A stretch of DNA of 64,000 nt from contig OZ260662.1 in the NCBI GenBank assembly GCA_965285935.1, positions 40,548,001 through 40,612,000 of the forward strand. The letters are read 5' to 3'. Position numbers and translations under genes: made by a program. The DNA is from Ophelia neglecta (Eukaryota). The notes beneath the pieces are model-generated. The model was not told the DNA's origin, ran no database searches, and saw nothing but the letters and a program-made list of their open reading frames with translations. This document shows positions 27,321-39,900 of the stretch, one piece after another (the first letter of the stretch is position 1; each line of letters starts with the position of its first letter).

Positions 27321-27871
27321 AACTCCTGGAGATACAATCCATGCCTGTAGAAGGACTCCCCGTCAATAATTATTTCATGCGCTGCATCTTTCGTCAAAAG
27401 GCCATGTTGAATTTTGTGACCTATATAGGCTGGTCGTCAAGTGTTCTCTCCATATCATCCCGAGCGTAGTCTCATACCTGTGTGCACAGCGCCTGCTTCT
27501 GACTTGAAAAACGATCCTGCTTTACAGTAGCAATTACAAGATCAAAAGCCATGAAATACAGCTGAGAAGCAATTTTATTCATGTATCCTCGCTTCAGCAA
27601 GGGAAATGAATTTTACTGGAATACCATAATCATGCACTCAATACCTGGGCAAGAACCCATACCTGTTTGAGTTGTATAACATGCGCTTGGTCACCAACTG
27701 ATTCACAACACTAACGAGCGTTGCATGACAGCGTTGTACACAGTTTTGAACGATCTGAAGGATTAATATCCCATCCCCCGACGCATATTTTTCCTGAAAA
27801 TACAAAGGATACATCTTCTTGATCAGTTCATGCGCTTTGCAATAAAATGGACCGATATATGCAACATCCAA
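27321..27871 (-). pseudogene. Decayed CR1/L2-like LINE RT fragment
   Basis: MYPLYF, ML..NRYGFLP (LL..QYGF.P), LYFMAFDLV (LDF.KAFD.V), IIIDGES and WIVSPGV (W..V.SGV) occur in the expected order. Confidence 0.6.
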
Positions 27872-29765
27872 AATTGTATTATCACGCTCAAACGGGCAAA
27901 ATAACCAAGCGGGGCAATTTAATTTTGACCCTCAACTCGAAAATTGAACCAATGAGTGTACAATGAACCGTTACATTGAGCAATGACCCGAATTTTTTCA
28001 TATCTGTATTTACCACCAACACACCGTTCGGACGTTTGACTTATTAAAACCTTTATTTGAGAGAAAAACAGGCTCATTACTAAGTTTCCTTTCTATAAAA
28101 TAGCAAAGAAACTCCACTTCATGTCTGACTTAACAGCATGGTTAAAACCCACTAAGAAGTCAACAAAATGATCATGTATTAGAAATAAATCTGATTATAT
28201 TCCAATAATATTAGTATCTTTTGAAGTTTAGGTTTATACTTAAGGTGTTATTATCTAGCGTTATTGAAAAATACTCAAAAAATAAAGCCCTGGGTTGTTA
28301 GGGTGCTGTTTAACCCTGTAGGCAGCAAGTTTTACTGTGGCTTACTGCCTGCTGCCTACTGCCCTGGTGAAACAAACCCAAGTCTAGTGTTTGGGTTTTA
28401 TACAAGGCATGCAGAATAGCTTTCAAATGTTATGTTATTATCTTCTCCTTTATGAAATAGGATTTATTCCGGGAAATATACCATTGAATTGTGTTTTGAT
28501 GGCCCAAACGTCTCATGTTTATTCAGCCTTGTCACGGGTAACGAACTAAAATGGCCTTCTGTTTGTTCGTTCGCCTAAAAAGATAAACCACCCAGTGCAG
28601 TGGCTAACGCGAGCTTACCTCTGGAGCTCTGACGGACACTAATGGAACGATCACGCCTTGAAGACATCAAACGATTTACTCGCTCGCAAACATGTGGTTT
28701 TTAAGACTTCCAGACGACTTTTTTGCTCTAAGGAAAACCTGATCATTACTTTTTTTCCCCCAAATCAATGACATAGGTAATCGTGAGTTAGATGAACATA
28801 AAAACAATGACGCAGCGGTATTGAACTTGTCATGTATCAAATTGCTTTTTGGTAAAATAGGTTTCATTATTCCGGTGACATTTATTGCATCGAACACGCG
28901 AGACTATTATTAAGTAATGTTATATCCCAGTGTTCAACTCATATTTTTAAAGCCTAGGAGCAGTTCACTCACCGCTAACCGCATACCATGAGACGCGTCC
29001 CTTACATGTTTGGTATTATGTGCCTGACCGCAATAAATGGTCAGTACTGACCTGACCCAATTCTACCCAATCCATTGCCGCCAATCGAAATTTCATCCAA
29101 TGAAATGTAAGTATTCAGATATTTTTCAAGTTTATGTGTGATAAAAATGAGATTTTCAATTTTCTGACTTTTTGAGTGAGCTACATGTAGGTTTTGGGGT
29201 TATGGGCGCCCACAGTCAGAAACACACCAATCGATCTGTCTTATATATTTATTATTGGGATAGAACTGGAGTTGTGAATTTTTATTGGCAGATGAATGCT
29301 CGCTTATGGTACCATCTACGAAGCATAATTATAACGTTTGAAACCTCTGTAACAGAGGAAATAAGGTGCACAAACAAAAAATGATTCCGATAAAGAAGTA
29401 TATAAAATTTAGTGTAATGTCGAGGAGAATATTCATTCGGTAAAGGCTTGGTGGAAGATCTACGGAATAATTTCTCGGTCTCTCCATCTATACCAAATGT
29501 ATTGTGTGCTAATTGCGCATTTTTATATGCCAAAAACAATGTCGTTCTTTGTCTATTTCTCCTCGGATGTGTGTTCCCGTGCTTTTACCAAAATGCGAAC
29601 GCAGACTAATAGTCGTTAAAATACACACTGCAAAAGTATGAATGTAGCAACAACAGAACCTTATGGGACTGAAATCGCTTGGGGTCATTCCATTATTAAC
29701 GCAATTTCTACAGAAAAAGCACAATGAAAAGGCCAATTCAGCAAACTGAAAAGCTCGAATAAAAT

Positions 29766-30290
29766 AAAATCGCCGTCATTGGCAGCTTCCTCGAGAACCG
29801 GAAAGGCGGCCATTGTAAAAACGAATAATACGATAATCACTGGCCATATATATCCTATACTATGCGCAATATTGACAAAAAAAAATCTCGCAGAAATGTT
29901 AGGTCCTAAAGAAACAAAGTCCATAATAGGTAATGCGAGGTGTTGGTTTAAAACATACATTTGACAAAAGAGGATGTGCACGAAAAGTCCTTGGGACGAA
30001 ATGACCTGTCCCCCATGAAAATGTCTTGCAAACACTTTCAAATCTGTTGCCAAATAGGCAAAATTCATGAGTGTATTATGATGCAGTAAAACAGCATTTC
30101 TTCCTTGTACGGGAAATAGAGCCCGGCTATTGTTCACGGCTTCTAGCTAGGAATTGGTAGGAACTTCTACAAAATCGCCGTAATTTGCACTCCCGTGATC
30201 CTCTTCCTCCGAAACCAGAAGGGCGGCCATTTTCAAATCCGTTCGCACAGCGAACAGTTTCCATATATCCCAGTGAACTGCGAGATAATA
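29766..30290. repeat. Diverged direct duplication with about 405-bp spacing
   Basis: AAAATCGCCGT..CTTCCTC.. AACC.GAA.GGCGGCCATT....CCATATAT starts at both 29766 and 30171. Confidence 0.65.
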
Positions 30291-31712
30291 TCTAGGTTGC
30301 GGCATGGAAATTGAATATATCTCCTGTATCTTACATAATAAATGAAGGCAATTATCGAAGAAAATAGCGAGGACCCCTATGTGTTGTGTTTCCATGTGTC
30401 AAGCAGGATTCCTATATATATAGAAGTGTCATAATCAAGAATACAAAAGAAGTTTTAACTTCAAGCACGTGTGCAAAATTTCTTATAAAAAAGATGGCAA
30501 AACGTCCACAATAACAATATTTGACTCTAATTTGAGCACGATTATTGGCAAATATCATACAAGGTAAAGAATTGCAGAAAAAAAAGTTCGATTGATATAA
30601 GCCACATGGTTAAAGTCTAAACTATGTAGAAATGGAAATTAAGCAAATTTCCTGTTTGCCATTTTTGCGGACCCTTCCTTATATGTGAGATTGGGCAAAT
30701 TATAGAATAATGTAAAAAATATCCTATGAAGAAAGAAACGGAACACATAAATGCTAGCACGAAATCTTGTTAAAACAATCTCTATAAAGAGAATAAAAAA
30801 CAACGCTTACTCAACGTTTTAAAACCAGTCCATTGCAGGGGATAATTGTATGAATACGGTTTAGAAGACCCTGGTCGGTCGCTTTTAATAATTCCCAATG
30901 GATAGCAGAATCTAATGTGCTTATATAAAACACTGGCATCCGTCGCACGTCTCGGGCTAAGGTGAACTCACCCGATGAAGCAGAATCCTACTGCATATAT
31001 GGGAATAATATCCTTTTATTGAACAAATTTAGTGGCTAAGTGAACCTCCTACGAAAACGTGTTCAAATATATCTGAATGCATGAATATTTCATGCAAGTA
31101 ACAAAAAGGATTTGCAGCAGAGCATAGCCTCTTTTATTATCACGAGGGGCTGACAAGATCAGAGATTTAGTAAGTGTTCAACATTCTTCAACTTATGGGC
31201 ATCTTTATGAGTGGAGCCGTAAAATGAACACTCGTATCCATAGCCCCTCCCTGAAACGAGCATCATTTAGCGGGCCTTGCCCACACTCCATTGCGACAAT
31301 AAACTCCAAATAGCCATCCACGGGAGCAAGAGTACTGTGTCGGGCAGCCAGGTGACTTCAGAGCAGTAGCAACAACATACCACAACAGTATAAAGAATCT
31401 TAAAACATTAATATGTTGAAAGATTTTTCCAGTCCCGAAAGCCCTGTAGCAATTAACAGGTACCGGATTTGTGAATAAAACATGTTAAGGTCTAGCTAGA
31501 TGGGTAGTAATCATACCGCTAGAATTTCCAAGAACTCCCACCGGTAAAGATAACCAAGTGAACTAGCGTCTATAGTCTCTTTGGTTTGGATTTTCGCCTG
31601 CCTATATCATAAAAGCCTAGAGCTAGCTGCACCAGCCACTGCTGTATTTTAACTGCAACACGGCAGATAGAAAACTGGAACACCAAGGGCAAAGATACAC
31701 TATATTGCAATA

Positions 31713-31891
31713 CAGTGAAACCTGTGTTTATGGCCACCTATGTTATAAGGCCACCTGCCCACTAAGGTCACTAAACAATAATCCAATCCCCATTTATGCC
31801 TGTGTTAACTGACCTGCCTATTTAGGCCACCTGCATAATGTGGTCAGTTTTTTCCAGTCCCTTGACTGACCTGATTGGACAGGTTCCACTG
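31713..31891. mobile_element. Tc1/mariner (pogo/Tigger-type) MITE, 179 bp
   Basis: TA|CAGTGAAACCTG ... CAGGTTCCACTG|TA with a TA TSD and internal GGCCACCT subrepeats. Confidence 0.9.
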
Positions 31892-33452
31892 TATTGGAAA
31901 GAAAGGCGTTAAAGTTGAACATCCCTAGTCTAGTATTTTTGTACCAGCCCCAACTCTGCTTTTTCTGTCTGAAAGCTATTAATCTGATTTAACTTAGTCT
32001 ATAGTACCATAATTATATCATCTATAACACATCGTTGATGGAGAACATCTTCAGCAAAATCATGTTGCATATGGGCCTAGTATTCACATAACAATATAGT
32101 GGAATTTAAGTATATTACTGAGCGAGATACATTAATAAAGAACTTTCATATAAGCATTGAAAATGTTGATTATGTTTACGCAAAAGACTGGGTTTTTTTT
32201 TATCTCGAAGAACATGATTAATAAATAATTGTAAATATCATTTCCATAGTCTTATCTAGGCACATTACAAGTATGTCAAACGAATTGAAATAAACATTTC
32301 AATCCAAATCCCGCAAATGCCCGTACTCGCCAAGTAGTTAAACACCATAGGCGGGTGCCTAATCATGAATAACCTAAAAAAAGGCAGAGGATTTATAATG
32401 TCGCAAGGACGTGTTAATAAACGCGGGAGTGTTTTTCCCGGAATATTTCCTGCGGGGTCTATTTCAAATGAACTACCCCCTACTAAGTTAGACCCGACTC
32501 GCTCCAATTTTTTAGATCATCCCAGAACAAAAATTAAGTAGAAGGAAATATCGTATTTGACAACCTGCAGCAATATCTTAAGATGAATACTGTAAAGTGG
32601 AAAAGGAAGTATTTTACCAATTCACTGAGCTTGGAGATAGAGAGGGAGAAAATTGCAGGAGGTTGGGAATTAAATATGGCCACCGCGGAGAATTCACATG
32701 ATTGCCTTACATGTCACAGATAGATCTAACAGCGAAACGCAGCTTTAGACGGAGTGTATTGTGTTCACTTGTATAAAGCAAAAGTTTAAAGTTGCCCGGG
32801 AGTTACTGTGGCCACATATTCCGTGTCCCATTATAGCTCACAAACATCTCAAGCAGACTTCTTTGTTGCAGAAAGCTCCAACCACACTCTGGTAAGGGAT
32901 ACAGTGTGGCGGGAACAGTGTGTTTGTCGACCCTAGCTTGCCCAGAGTGACAGCCCACGTCAGTTGTTTTCAATCAACTAGCAGCCACACCAGAGGATCA
33001 GGAGGTTCAAAATCAAACATCAGGAGAAAAAACCGTCTGCATATTTAGAGCACTGAAGCCTCGTCAAACGGCTAGCCCGGAGGCCTACAACTTCAGTTGT
33101 TCTGCCCAAGAACATGCTGAACGGACCTGCGCCTTCATAACAAAAACTAATTCAACGTCTCAACTCCTACATCGAATTGTCTGGGCGACAGCAGGCCCTT
33201 CGTTTGATTGCCAACAATATTGCATAGAAGCAGAATAAAAGTAAACTCTAAGATTGTCATATCAAATTTGGTAATAATAAATCATTTTTCGTAAAAGGAT
33301 GGAAGTTAGTCACAGGTATACATGTATATAAACACTACATCTAGTCTCCATCTTACTTACGCACGTCTGCCACGTACGCTTTCTACGTAATCATATAGGA
33401 CACCCCCCCCCCCCCCCCGCCCAAAGTAGGCAAACTGTCCAGTGGCTAAGTA

Positions 33453-33631
33453 CAGTGAAACCTGTGAATTAAGACCACCCAAGGGACTGGCCAATACTGA
33501 TCTGATTATAGAGGTGGTCTGATTACAAAGGTTATTTTTACATTAAATGAGTAAATTATGGTCTTTGCATTGGTGGTCTGAATTGACAGGTGGTCTTCAT
33601 ATCGAGGTGGTCTTAAAAGCAGGTTTCAATG
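33453..33631. mobile_element. Related Tc1/mariner MITE, 179 bp, opposite orientation
   Basis: TA|CAGTGAAACCTG ... CAGGTTTCAATG|TA with AGGTGGTC subrepeats. It shares CCAGTCCCTTG (as reverse complement) and its length with the 31713 copy. Confidence 0.9.
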
Positions 33632-35987
33632 TACACGTATAACTCATATTTAAGCCTACACTTTAGTTACACTTTGTTCGTGAATTTTACTTCAAATTAG
33701 TTTATTGTTTGTCTAGACATATAAAACTCGGGAATGTTCATATTGTATATTGCTACAGAAAATTCTAAAAGACTATTCAGGCTTTCTTACTTGTGAGCTT
33801 CACATCGAATCAATCATTATTGAAATTGCATTGATAAGATCAGTCCCGGAAATTTAAGTTGTGGAATTCTATTCTCCGGAAAGATTTTAGAGCGGACTAT
33901 TTGATCAAATAAACTGAACATTCCTCATATTTCTGAATCCAGTGTGATAAGGCGAAATATAATCTAGTTTTATTTATTCATCTCGGTGTTATTTATGTAT
34001 TTAATTTCAGCTTGAAAGATATGATTTCGAAACATATATAACAAAAAAGTCTATAGTTTACTGGCCAAAGACATGTTGCTTCGTACTCTCTTTGCAAAGT
34101 ACATCGATTGGGTGGCTACGTTCTCTGGGTGGCTTCTCTTCATTGTTTGCTCTGTGGAATTAAACGATTAATGAAATTACCCGACTTAACCATATTTAGG
34201 CTAGAAACATTTTGGTGAAGACTTCAAATGGCGCTTAACGCATTTTCCAGAAATAAGAATCATTCGAGTAAACATATCGCACATGGGCTATTCGTCCTTT
34301 TGGTACCAAACCCAACTAACGGGATATTCTGTACACGTTCTCATATATTATTTAATGATCTGCAAGTAAATTTTTCATGGGGAAGCAAAGGGACAATGAA
34401 GAAGGCACCAGCGGCTAGTTACACAAGTAAAGCAGGACGCGGGACATTAATAATCTATGACAGGTTACAAAGCCCAGCGGGACGTATGTGATAATCCACT
34501 TTACGGTTGACAGTGTGACACAGATCACACGATGGATAGGGCTTTCTCCACGCTGGCCCTTATCTCAATTAGTATGCGAAATCTGATACCTATGTCTAAC
34601 GAAACTATGTCCATGAGATTACAGGAGCGGAATGGAAGGCGTGCGGAGGTCGGGAGACGTCAAATATAATTTTGCTATTGTCTGTTTTTTGCAGCTAGAC
34701 AAACTGATTTTATACAGACGTAACCGGTAATCGTGTCATTTTTCGTATTTCGTCGAGCTAGTGCGTGGTGTAGCTCTGTGTATATTAAAATAAGTGATCC
34801 TTGAATTATAAATAATGAAGACATCAACATCACTCATGAATAGAAGAATATGATAAATGACAATTTGCAGATACATTCCAGCATAGACCTATACATATTT
34901 GACACTATTGATATTAGGAACACAACAATAACCCTAAATGACCTAAATGTCCAAAACAGACAACACTTTAAATTCATTACGGGTCGGAGGAATGGTACAA
35001 CTGGTTCACCATAGATACTGACAGCATTGACTCACTAGATTGAAGATCAACCATCATCAGGGATTATTAATTTTAAGTCAGGTGAAATTTATGTTATTTT
35101 GCGGTCGATTTGATCGATTAGTTAAGGTCGATAAAATTCAAATGTCCTGTAAATTATATTCATTTCCGATTACATGAATTGAAAATACCGACTGCGAAAA
35201 ACAACAAACTGCCACTCGCCTATACCTCGTTATGGCTCAAATTGCTTTCACAGACTGCTGCTAAAATTCGGTCTATTCCCGTGTATTTATTACGTATTAT
35301 ACGTTAAAGATCTAAACACGTATAGAATCCGAACGCAGTTCGTACAGTTTACCACTAGGCTAGACCATACATACTGAGATCCCTTTTTATTTCGTGCGAC
35401 CGAGGGCTTACCTTCAATAAATCGTGCGTAAAAATACAAAAAAACCCATCAATAAGTAAGGTCGTGATCAAAAAGGAACCAAGATACAAAGCCTGCCATA
35501 TATTTTTGTTACATATGCAAACTAATTAATGTTCTGAGAAATGTCACATGTGATCAGGTGCTAAATGAATGTGTTAAAACTCACGTTTTTGCATATATAC
35601 ACATTCATCTAAAAACTCAACTCACTTATAAAGACGAAGAGCCATGCCCAACCAGCTGACAGCATATTCGGTCGTCTAAATATGTCTTCTGGGAGTCACC
35701 GTCAAGACTCTCATACCATGTACTCTAGCTTATACAGCCACACAGGCATATTTCTAGAAAACTGAGAAGCTTAGACCTGTTCATGGTGTGCGTTTTGTTA
35801 TTGAGAGTATAAATGAAGACTTTTATTATCTACGCTTGTAAGCACGCTATATAAGCCTGATAAAATGTCATATTTCTGCAGGTCGATCTGAAGACAAAGG
35901 TTTATTAAGCGCAACCAAACAGTTTAAGGCGAAGCCGTAAAAATCCTGCTAATCCTCGTAGACAGGGGGCAGAGCAATTTACTCGAT

Positions 35988-36310
35988 TGTAGAAGAATGC
36001 CCATGACATCACGCCGGTGCGTGTCTGAAGCAAAACTCCCCGGAGTAGGGATCAATCTAGTTATATAGGAAGTCTTTCTCGACGTGATCACTTCTTTTGC
36101 TTTTACTAATGATCGGCAAAAACGTCGTGACTTGGCACACACCTAGCGGGAGACTACTGAGGTTGAAGCGTGGAGTTAGCTCTCACCGGACAAGACTGGC
36201 TTCCGAGCACACTAAAATAAACCTGTTTGTACCATGTCGACTTTATTGACCGTAATTGTCTGAATTGTCGCCCACCTGCCCTGAATCAAGGCTAAGTAGA
36301 CCTTACCACA
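35988..36310 (+). mobile_element. Solo LTR (323 bp, Gypsy-like by 4-bp TSD)
   Basis: CGAT|TGTAGAAG ... CTTACCACA|CGAT gives a perfect 4-bp TSD. TATATA at 36062 and AATAAA at 36216 are in the expected U3-R order. Confidence 0.75.
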
Positions 36311-37244
36311 CGATGAAGCAAGTTGGGTTCACATACATTGCAGAGCCCCCGGTAGAAGTTGGGCAATTTAAGTACTGCCACTTGAAATTATTTTCAGACA
36401 AAAATTATAATGAGATAATATCCATTACTAAAGAGGCTTTGCCCATGGGATTACGCCGAGGATTGTGATGCATGTGGAGGCCAAACAAGGGAGTGAATAC
36501 CCAGCAGAGAAAGCCAGATCAATAATCTGGGAGAGTCCATTAATTCAGTCTGAAACACCAGGCACCAGCAGCCACACATACACCAATCTTCAGCTCTCAA
36601 GATACTTGTTGATTATGTAGTGATCGTTTGTATTTGCTGGCTAATCACATAGAAGTTGCTGCTCATCGGATCATTTTTTCATTCTTTGTTGCAGTCAGTA
36701 AGCTATCACAGCGCCTGTGAGCTCTGTTGGTAACATGTAAACGGAATGTGTGTACCATGAAAAAGGTATTTTGCATGCAATATCTGCTGGTCTGATTTTT
36801 GCCGCGGGCATATTAGTATGTCTTGCCACTACATATCTTACCAAATTCTGGCTGATCTTGTCTCGTAAATAGAAATTTAAACCAACGAAATACGAGTTTT
36901 GAGTGGCTAGTGAATAATTGATCAACACATTTCCTGTATAACTGTCCCAAGTTTTTTAGGACGAAAGTTTATTGATGATTTTCTCCATCTGACCAACCAA
37001 TAACTGTTCATTATCTTTTTCTTTTCTACCTGAACCACCGAACTACTTGTCGTTTCAATGCCAGACATGAATGTGCGATCAACAACCAACTCTAGACATT
37101 AAGTCAAAAAGAGCATTCAATATGGGATCTTTTGACATATTATTTCTTAGAATTTAGTGATGAAAACCCTGTACTATGTCCTATATTAACACATTTAAAT
37201 CAGTAATAAAACAAACATCGTGTCGAAAGTGAATACATTAGACA

Positions 37245-37570
37245 CTAATAACAGCAAGGATCACAATGACGTCCCCCATTGCTTATGAAGGTAAGACAAA
37301 ACTTCACAAGATGATCGAGCACTCGATCGATCACACCAGTGGCTGTTTTCAACAATCCGTATGCACCTACATGCGTTTTCAGTTCACAAAAGTACTCATC
37401 CGAAAAGTCCATTAACAGAGTATCAATTAATATTACATGTTTTTTTACATGCTTGTTTGCGGGCATGTCACAAATATTAATTATAATAACGCCTGATGCA
37501 ATTAAAATTAGTTCCAAAAACAGGTCCATGTCTGAGTGCTCCAACAAGGCTTAATTCCTTGAAATTATTA
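37245..37570 (-). pseudogene. Decayed LINE RT fragment
   Basis: EHS..LFLELI, IDTLLMDFS (VDAILMDFSKAFD), AYGL..A...I and TFISN (SYLSNR) occur in order within the 100-aa ORF. Confidence 0.4.
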
Positions 37571-38116
37571 ATTTAGTTATTGAAACGAATTAATTATTGT
37601 TGTCTTCATGTATGAATAATATTTAAATGCTACTGGAAGTTCTCTTTGAGGAAAAATTTCCAAATATTCACATATTTGCAAAGCATATTAGTGTTATTGA
37701 ACTTTCTCAAAGATCACTAGGTTAAGTGTCCTCTGCATTCAGGCCAATTCATCGCCCGTCGAAAAGTACTGAGCAGCATTGATTTCAAAGACAACTCTGG
37801 CACCTAATTAATACTGGCAATAAGGGATCGTGCCTAAACGCCCCCTATTGTCGTTTGGTTGTAAGAAATGAAAGACGTTTTGAGGTCAGTCGTTTATAAG
37901 GCCAAAAAAAGGGGCTATGAATAAGTCATAGTCACCTGCTGTCCTGGTTAAAGGCCACGTCAGAACAATACTAGTGAACTCAAGTACCAATGGAAATATA
38001 AAGAAATGCATAAAGGACGTTCCAATTTCTTGTAGGATTTGTCGGCTCGCGAACAACGGGATATCTAGCGTAGGATAGACACGTATTCATTACGTATAAA
38101 AGAATGAACGTCTCCC

Positions 38117-38180
38117 GTGATTGGTCTGCCCTACTCACGTGCCAAGGTAACAAATCCTGATATTCCTTTGTATTGGTGAT
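38117..38180. promoter_or_regulatory. Cluster of two CCAAT boxes and an E-box
   Basis: ATTGG at 38120 and 38172 flank CACGTG at 38136 in a locally CpG-richer stretch. No gene could be linked to it. Confidence 0.2.
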
Positions 38181-38671
38181 ATTACCGCAGTCGGGAACGC
38201 GCTGTCACTCCCCATAGCGTCCCGTACAGAAAGAGTGAGAAATGGCAGGTTTTTCAGGAGTGTCCAGGTGGATTATTCGCACGTTCATGCCATTAGAACT
38301 TTATTTTATTTGGTTGGTAGAGGCAATGCACCTCGGCAGTTGAATGCAATGACACAGAAAATCTGATGGGCCCATTGTTAATACTGGGGTGTGAGTGAAA
38401 TTCGAGGGAAATTTACCCACACCCGATTATGTCTATTTGAAAAACATCTGCATGTTTATCTGTGGACAGTCCGACTCAGAATATGATGATGAAAGACGAG
38501 TTATATTAAACGGCTGCATTTAATTTAGGAAATTACTTAAAGAAATATAAATGGTAGTTACTCGCCAGTTCTAAAAATAACAACCATTGAGCGAGAATCG
38601 TATTTCTTTTATGTGGAAAATTCACATATAATATGAGACTATCCCATTTATTCCCAATGGGAACGACTACG

Positions 38672-38889
38672 CAGTGGCGGATTAAGGGTGGAGGGGGGGG
38701 TGGTGGTGCAAGGGGGCCCTCTTTTGCTAAAAAATGGGTCCAGAACAGGGCCTATTTCCGGATCTACGCAAGGTGGTTTCAGAGGGTTGGTGCCGGAGAC
38801 AATCCAGACATTGGCCTTGTCAACTTTGGAAAATTTGCCCTCCCCTCCCCCCCCCCCCCCCCCTTCCTGAAATCCTGGTTTTGCCACTG
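38672..38889. mobile_element. MITE with CAGTGGC termini and G/C tracts
   Basis: CAGTGGCGGATTAAGG..G-run ... C-run..CCTGGTTTTGCCACTG. Flanks ACTACG and ATTACG could be a 6-bp TSD with one mismatch. Confidence 0.8.
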
Positions 38890-39779
38890 ATTACGTGATG
38901 TATTTTGTCAAATTCATGTGCAAATGCCTTAGTCAGTGTGGAGACTGTTTCGACTCTAATTTCGCTCATTGTACTTCATAAGTGACTGCTACTATCTCCA
39001 CCTAAACAACTTAAAATACCTGTTTGCCCTGCAGTATGTCACACCTATAGTACAGGAAACTGTAGGGAGTGATAAGATGTAACAACCGTGTGTGATTACA
39101 CTTGGTTTTGAAGGTATGAAGGAGATTTCCCACTCTGTTTCTAGCAGGAAGTCAGGCATTTAGCTTTATTGGTTATAGGAAGAGACGTTACAAATGTCCG
39201 TTCATCTGCATTATCACTCACAACCAGAACACGCACATTAATAAATCAATCAATCAATCAATATGCACCAATCTTAAAATACTTGTATTTCAGATCATGC
39301 TGATGAAAAAGTCATGTATTTTGATTTTTAACCTGACCCTATACGATAAGGCAAGTAGATAAAATTAAGCCTAAATAAAAACAAAGGTATTGGACTTTTC
39401 GACATTGTTTAATCTGGTCACGTAGTAAAGACCAATCCTACTTTCAAACCTACATTTATATAACGACTAAATAAGCCCTATCTAAGTGGGCTGTGCTCTT
39501 TCAGCAATTAGGTATTACATCAGGCTAAAGCCCTCGGGTTATATCAATTGGTCTGGCCAATATGTACAGGAGAATTGGCATGCTTCAACAGATTCAAGAA
39601 AACCCATGATACCCAAGCTCGATAGCGCCGAGGTGTTAAGTGTGGGAAGTTAAAACTTACATTGACACCACTATTAATTTTAAATGAAGTTAAATTAAAC
39701 CCATATTATTCAGTGAGCTACCAACTGGAAAGGGACACCAGCGTACAAGGCTCTACGCTGCACCTAAACGATGAAAAAC

Positions 39780-39900
39780 ATAGACTAGTTATTATTGTAA
39801 GCAATAGACTAGTTATTATTGTAAGCAATAGACTACTTATTATTGTAAACAATAGACTACTTATTAATGTAAGAAATAGACTACTTATTAATGTGAACCA
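39780..39900. repeat. Minisatellite, 24-bp unit x5
   Basis: TAGACTAGTTATTATTGTAAGCAA repeated with progressive divergence. Confidence 0.95.

Noticed and set aside
29685-30137. 150-aa hydrophobic minus-strand ORF
   Set aside because: It lies within the 405-bp duplicated repeat, has a non-ATG start and shows no family motif.
38633-38890. Gly/Pro-rich ORFs
   Set aside because: They are translations of the G and C tracts of the MITE.
39512-39524. 13-nt match to the interior of miR-12
   Set aside because: The 5' end and seed start do not match, and there is no hairpin.
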